Under the pieces are notes generated by a model. The model had not been told where the DNA came from. It was given only the letters and a program-made list of their open reading frames with translations, and made no database searches. Of a stretch of DNA of 64,000 nucleotides, positions 63,251 through 64,000 are shown in pieces (the first letter of the stretch is position 1; each line of letters opens with the position of its first letter). Position numbers and translations under genes: made by a program. The DNA is taken from positions 18,788,001-18,852,000 of the forward strand of contig NC_086097.1 of NCBI RefSeq assembly GCF_963921235.1, written 5' to 3'. Source of the stretch: Mobula hypostoma (lineage: Eukaryota).

Positions 63251-63677
63251 TGTCACAACCACGGATTCGGCAGCGCAGTAGATACGGCAATCGCACTTGT
63301 GACTTTGCATGTGTCAGCTAATTATTATTTAATCGTGATAGTACTTAACTCCACATTTGTCGTTGTAGTGCTTGTCGAGACTTGGACAGAGCATAGCAAT
63401 GCTTCGCTGCTGTTTTGCATTCGGCCTTCCCTGAGATATTGGACTTTCAAGTTAACTGACTCTGAAGACTAGCGGTATTTGTTTAATGTTTAGATGTTCT
63501 TTTCAGCTGCAGTGTAGGCTTTGTTTTCCTTTTGAGAGTTTTAGTTAATGGCTCTGTTTGGCCTAGCACTTATTGTTTTATTTTCCCTTTTACACTGTTC
63601 GTATTAAAGTCTGTGAACTATCGACCTGTTTCAGTGTCTCTCACTCTGCACTTGGGCCATATCCAAACCTGGTAACA
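63251..63677 (+). mobile_element. 3' LTR of the Gypsy element
   Basis: Starts TGTCAC directly after the PPT; ends GTAACA; ATTAAA at ~63603. Confidence 0.85.
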
Positions 63678-64000
63678 CTGACATGCCAGTCCACGGCCTC
63701 CTCTACTGCCGTGATAAGGCCACACTCAGGTTGGAGGAGCAAAACCTTGTATTCCATCTGGGTAGCCTCCAACCTGATGGAATGAACATTAATTTCTGGA
63801 ACTTCCAGTAATTGCACCTGCCCACCTTCACCATTCCCATTCCCCTCTCTCACCTCATCTCTTTACCTGCCTGTCACCTCCCTCTGGTGCTCCTCCCCCA
63901 TCCATTTGTTCCATGGTCCTCTTCCCTTTCCTATCAGATCCCCTCTTCTCCAACTGTTTATCTCTTTCTCCTATCAACTTCCCAGCTCTTTTCTTCACCA
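63678..64000 (+). mobile_element. PLE 3' fragment running off the window
   Basis: VHGLLYCRDKATLRLEEQNLVFHLGSLQPDGMNINF. Confidence 0.9.

Overview
This is vertebrate genomic DNA, not prokaryotic, and most of it is transposon-derived. The repeat mix (many CR1 LINEs, Rex1/Babar LINEs, V-SINE/HE1-like SINEs, Penelope-like elements) fits a cartilaginous fish; that assignment is an inference. No host gene was recognised with confidence. A few phase-compatible minus-strand exon candidates suggest the window may be intronic to a large gene. Main structures: (1) a ~16-kb nested stack at 8.7-25.1 kb (CR1 > CR1 > solo LTR > full-length Nimb/I-clade LINE, plus more CR1s, a second solo LTR and a fold-back insert), with junctions resolved by target-site duplications (TSDs); (2) many Penelope-like element (PLE) fragments whose pseudo-LTRs (pLTRs) carry minimal hammerhead ribozyme cores, including ~190-230-bp fold-back inserts with 13-15-bp TSDs; (3) non-coding composite retroposons with an AAGATGGC 5' end, internal tandem repeats and a Rex1-type 3' tail; (4) a truncated chromodomain Ty3/Gypsy element, solo LTRs, Tc1-type MITEs, a hAT remnant and a 5S rRNA-derived fragment. 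Family calls come from motif recognition by eye, not database searches. Boundaries not fixed by a TSD are approximate.
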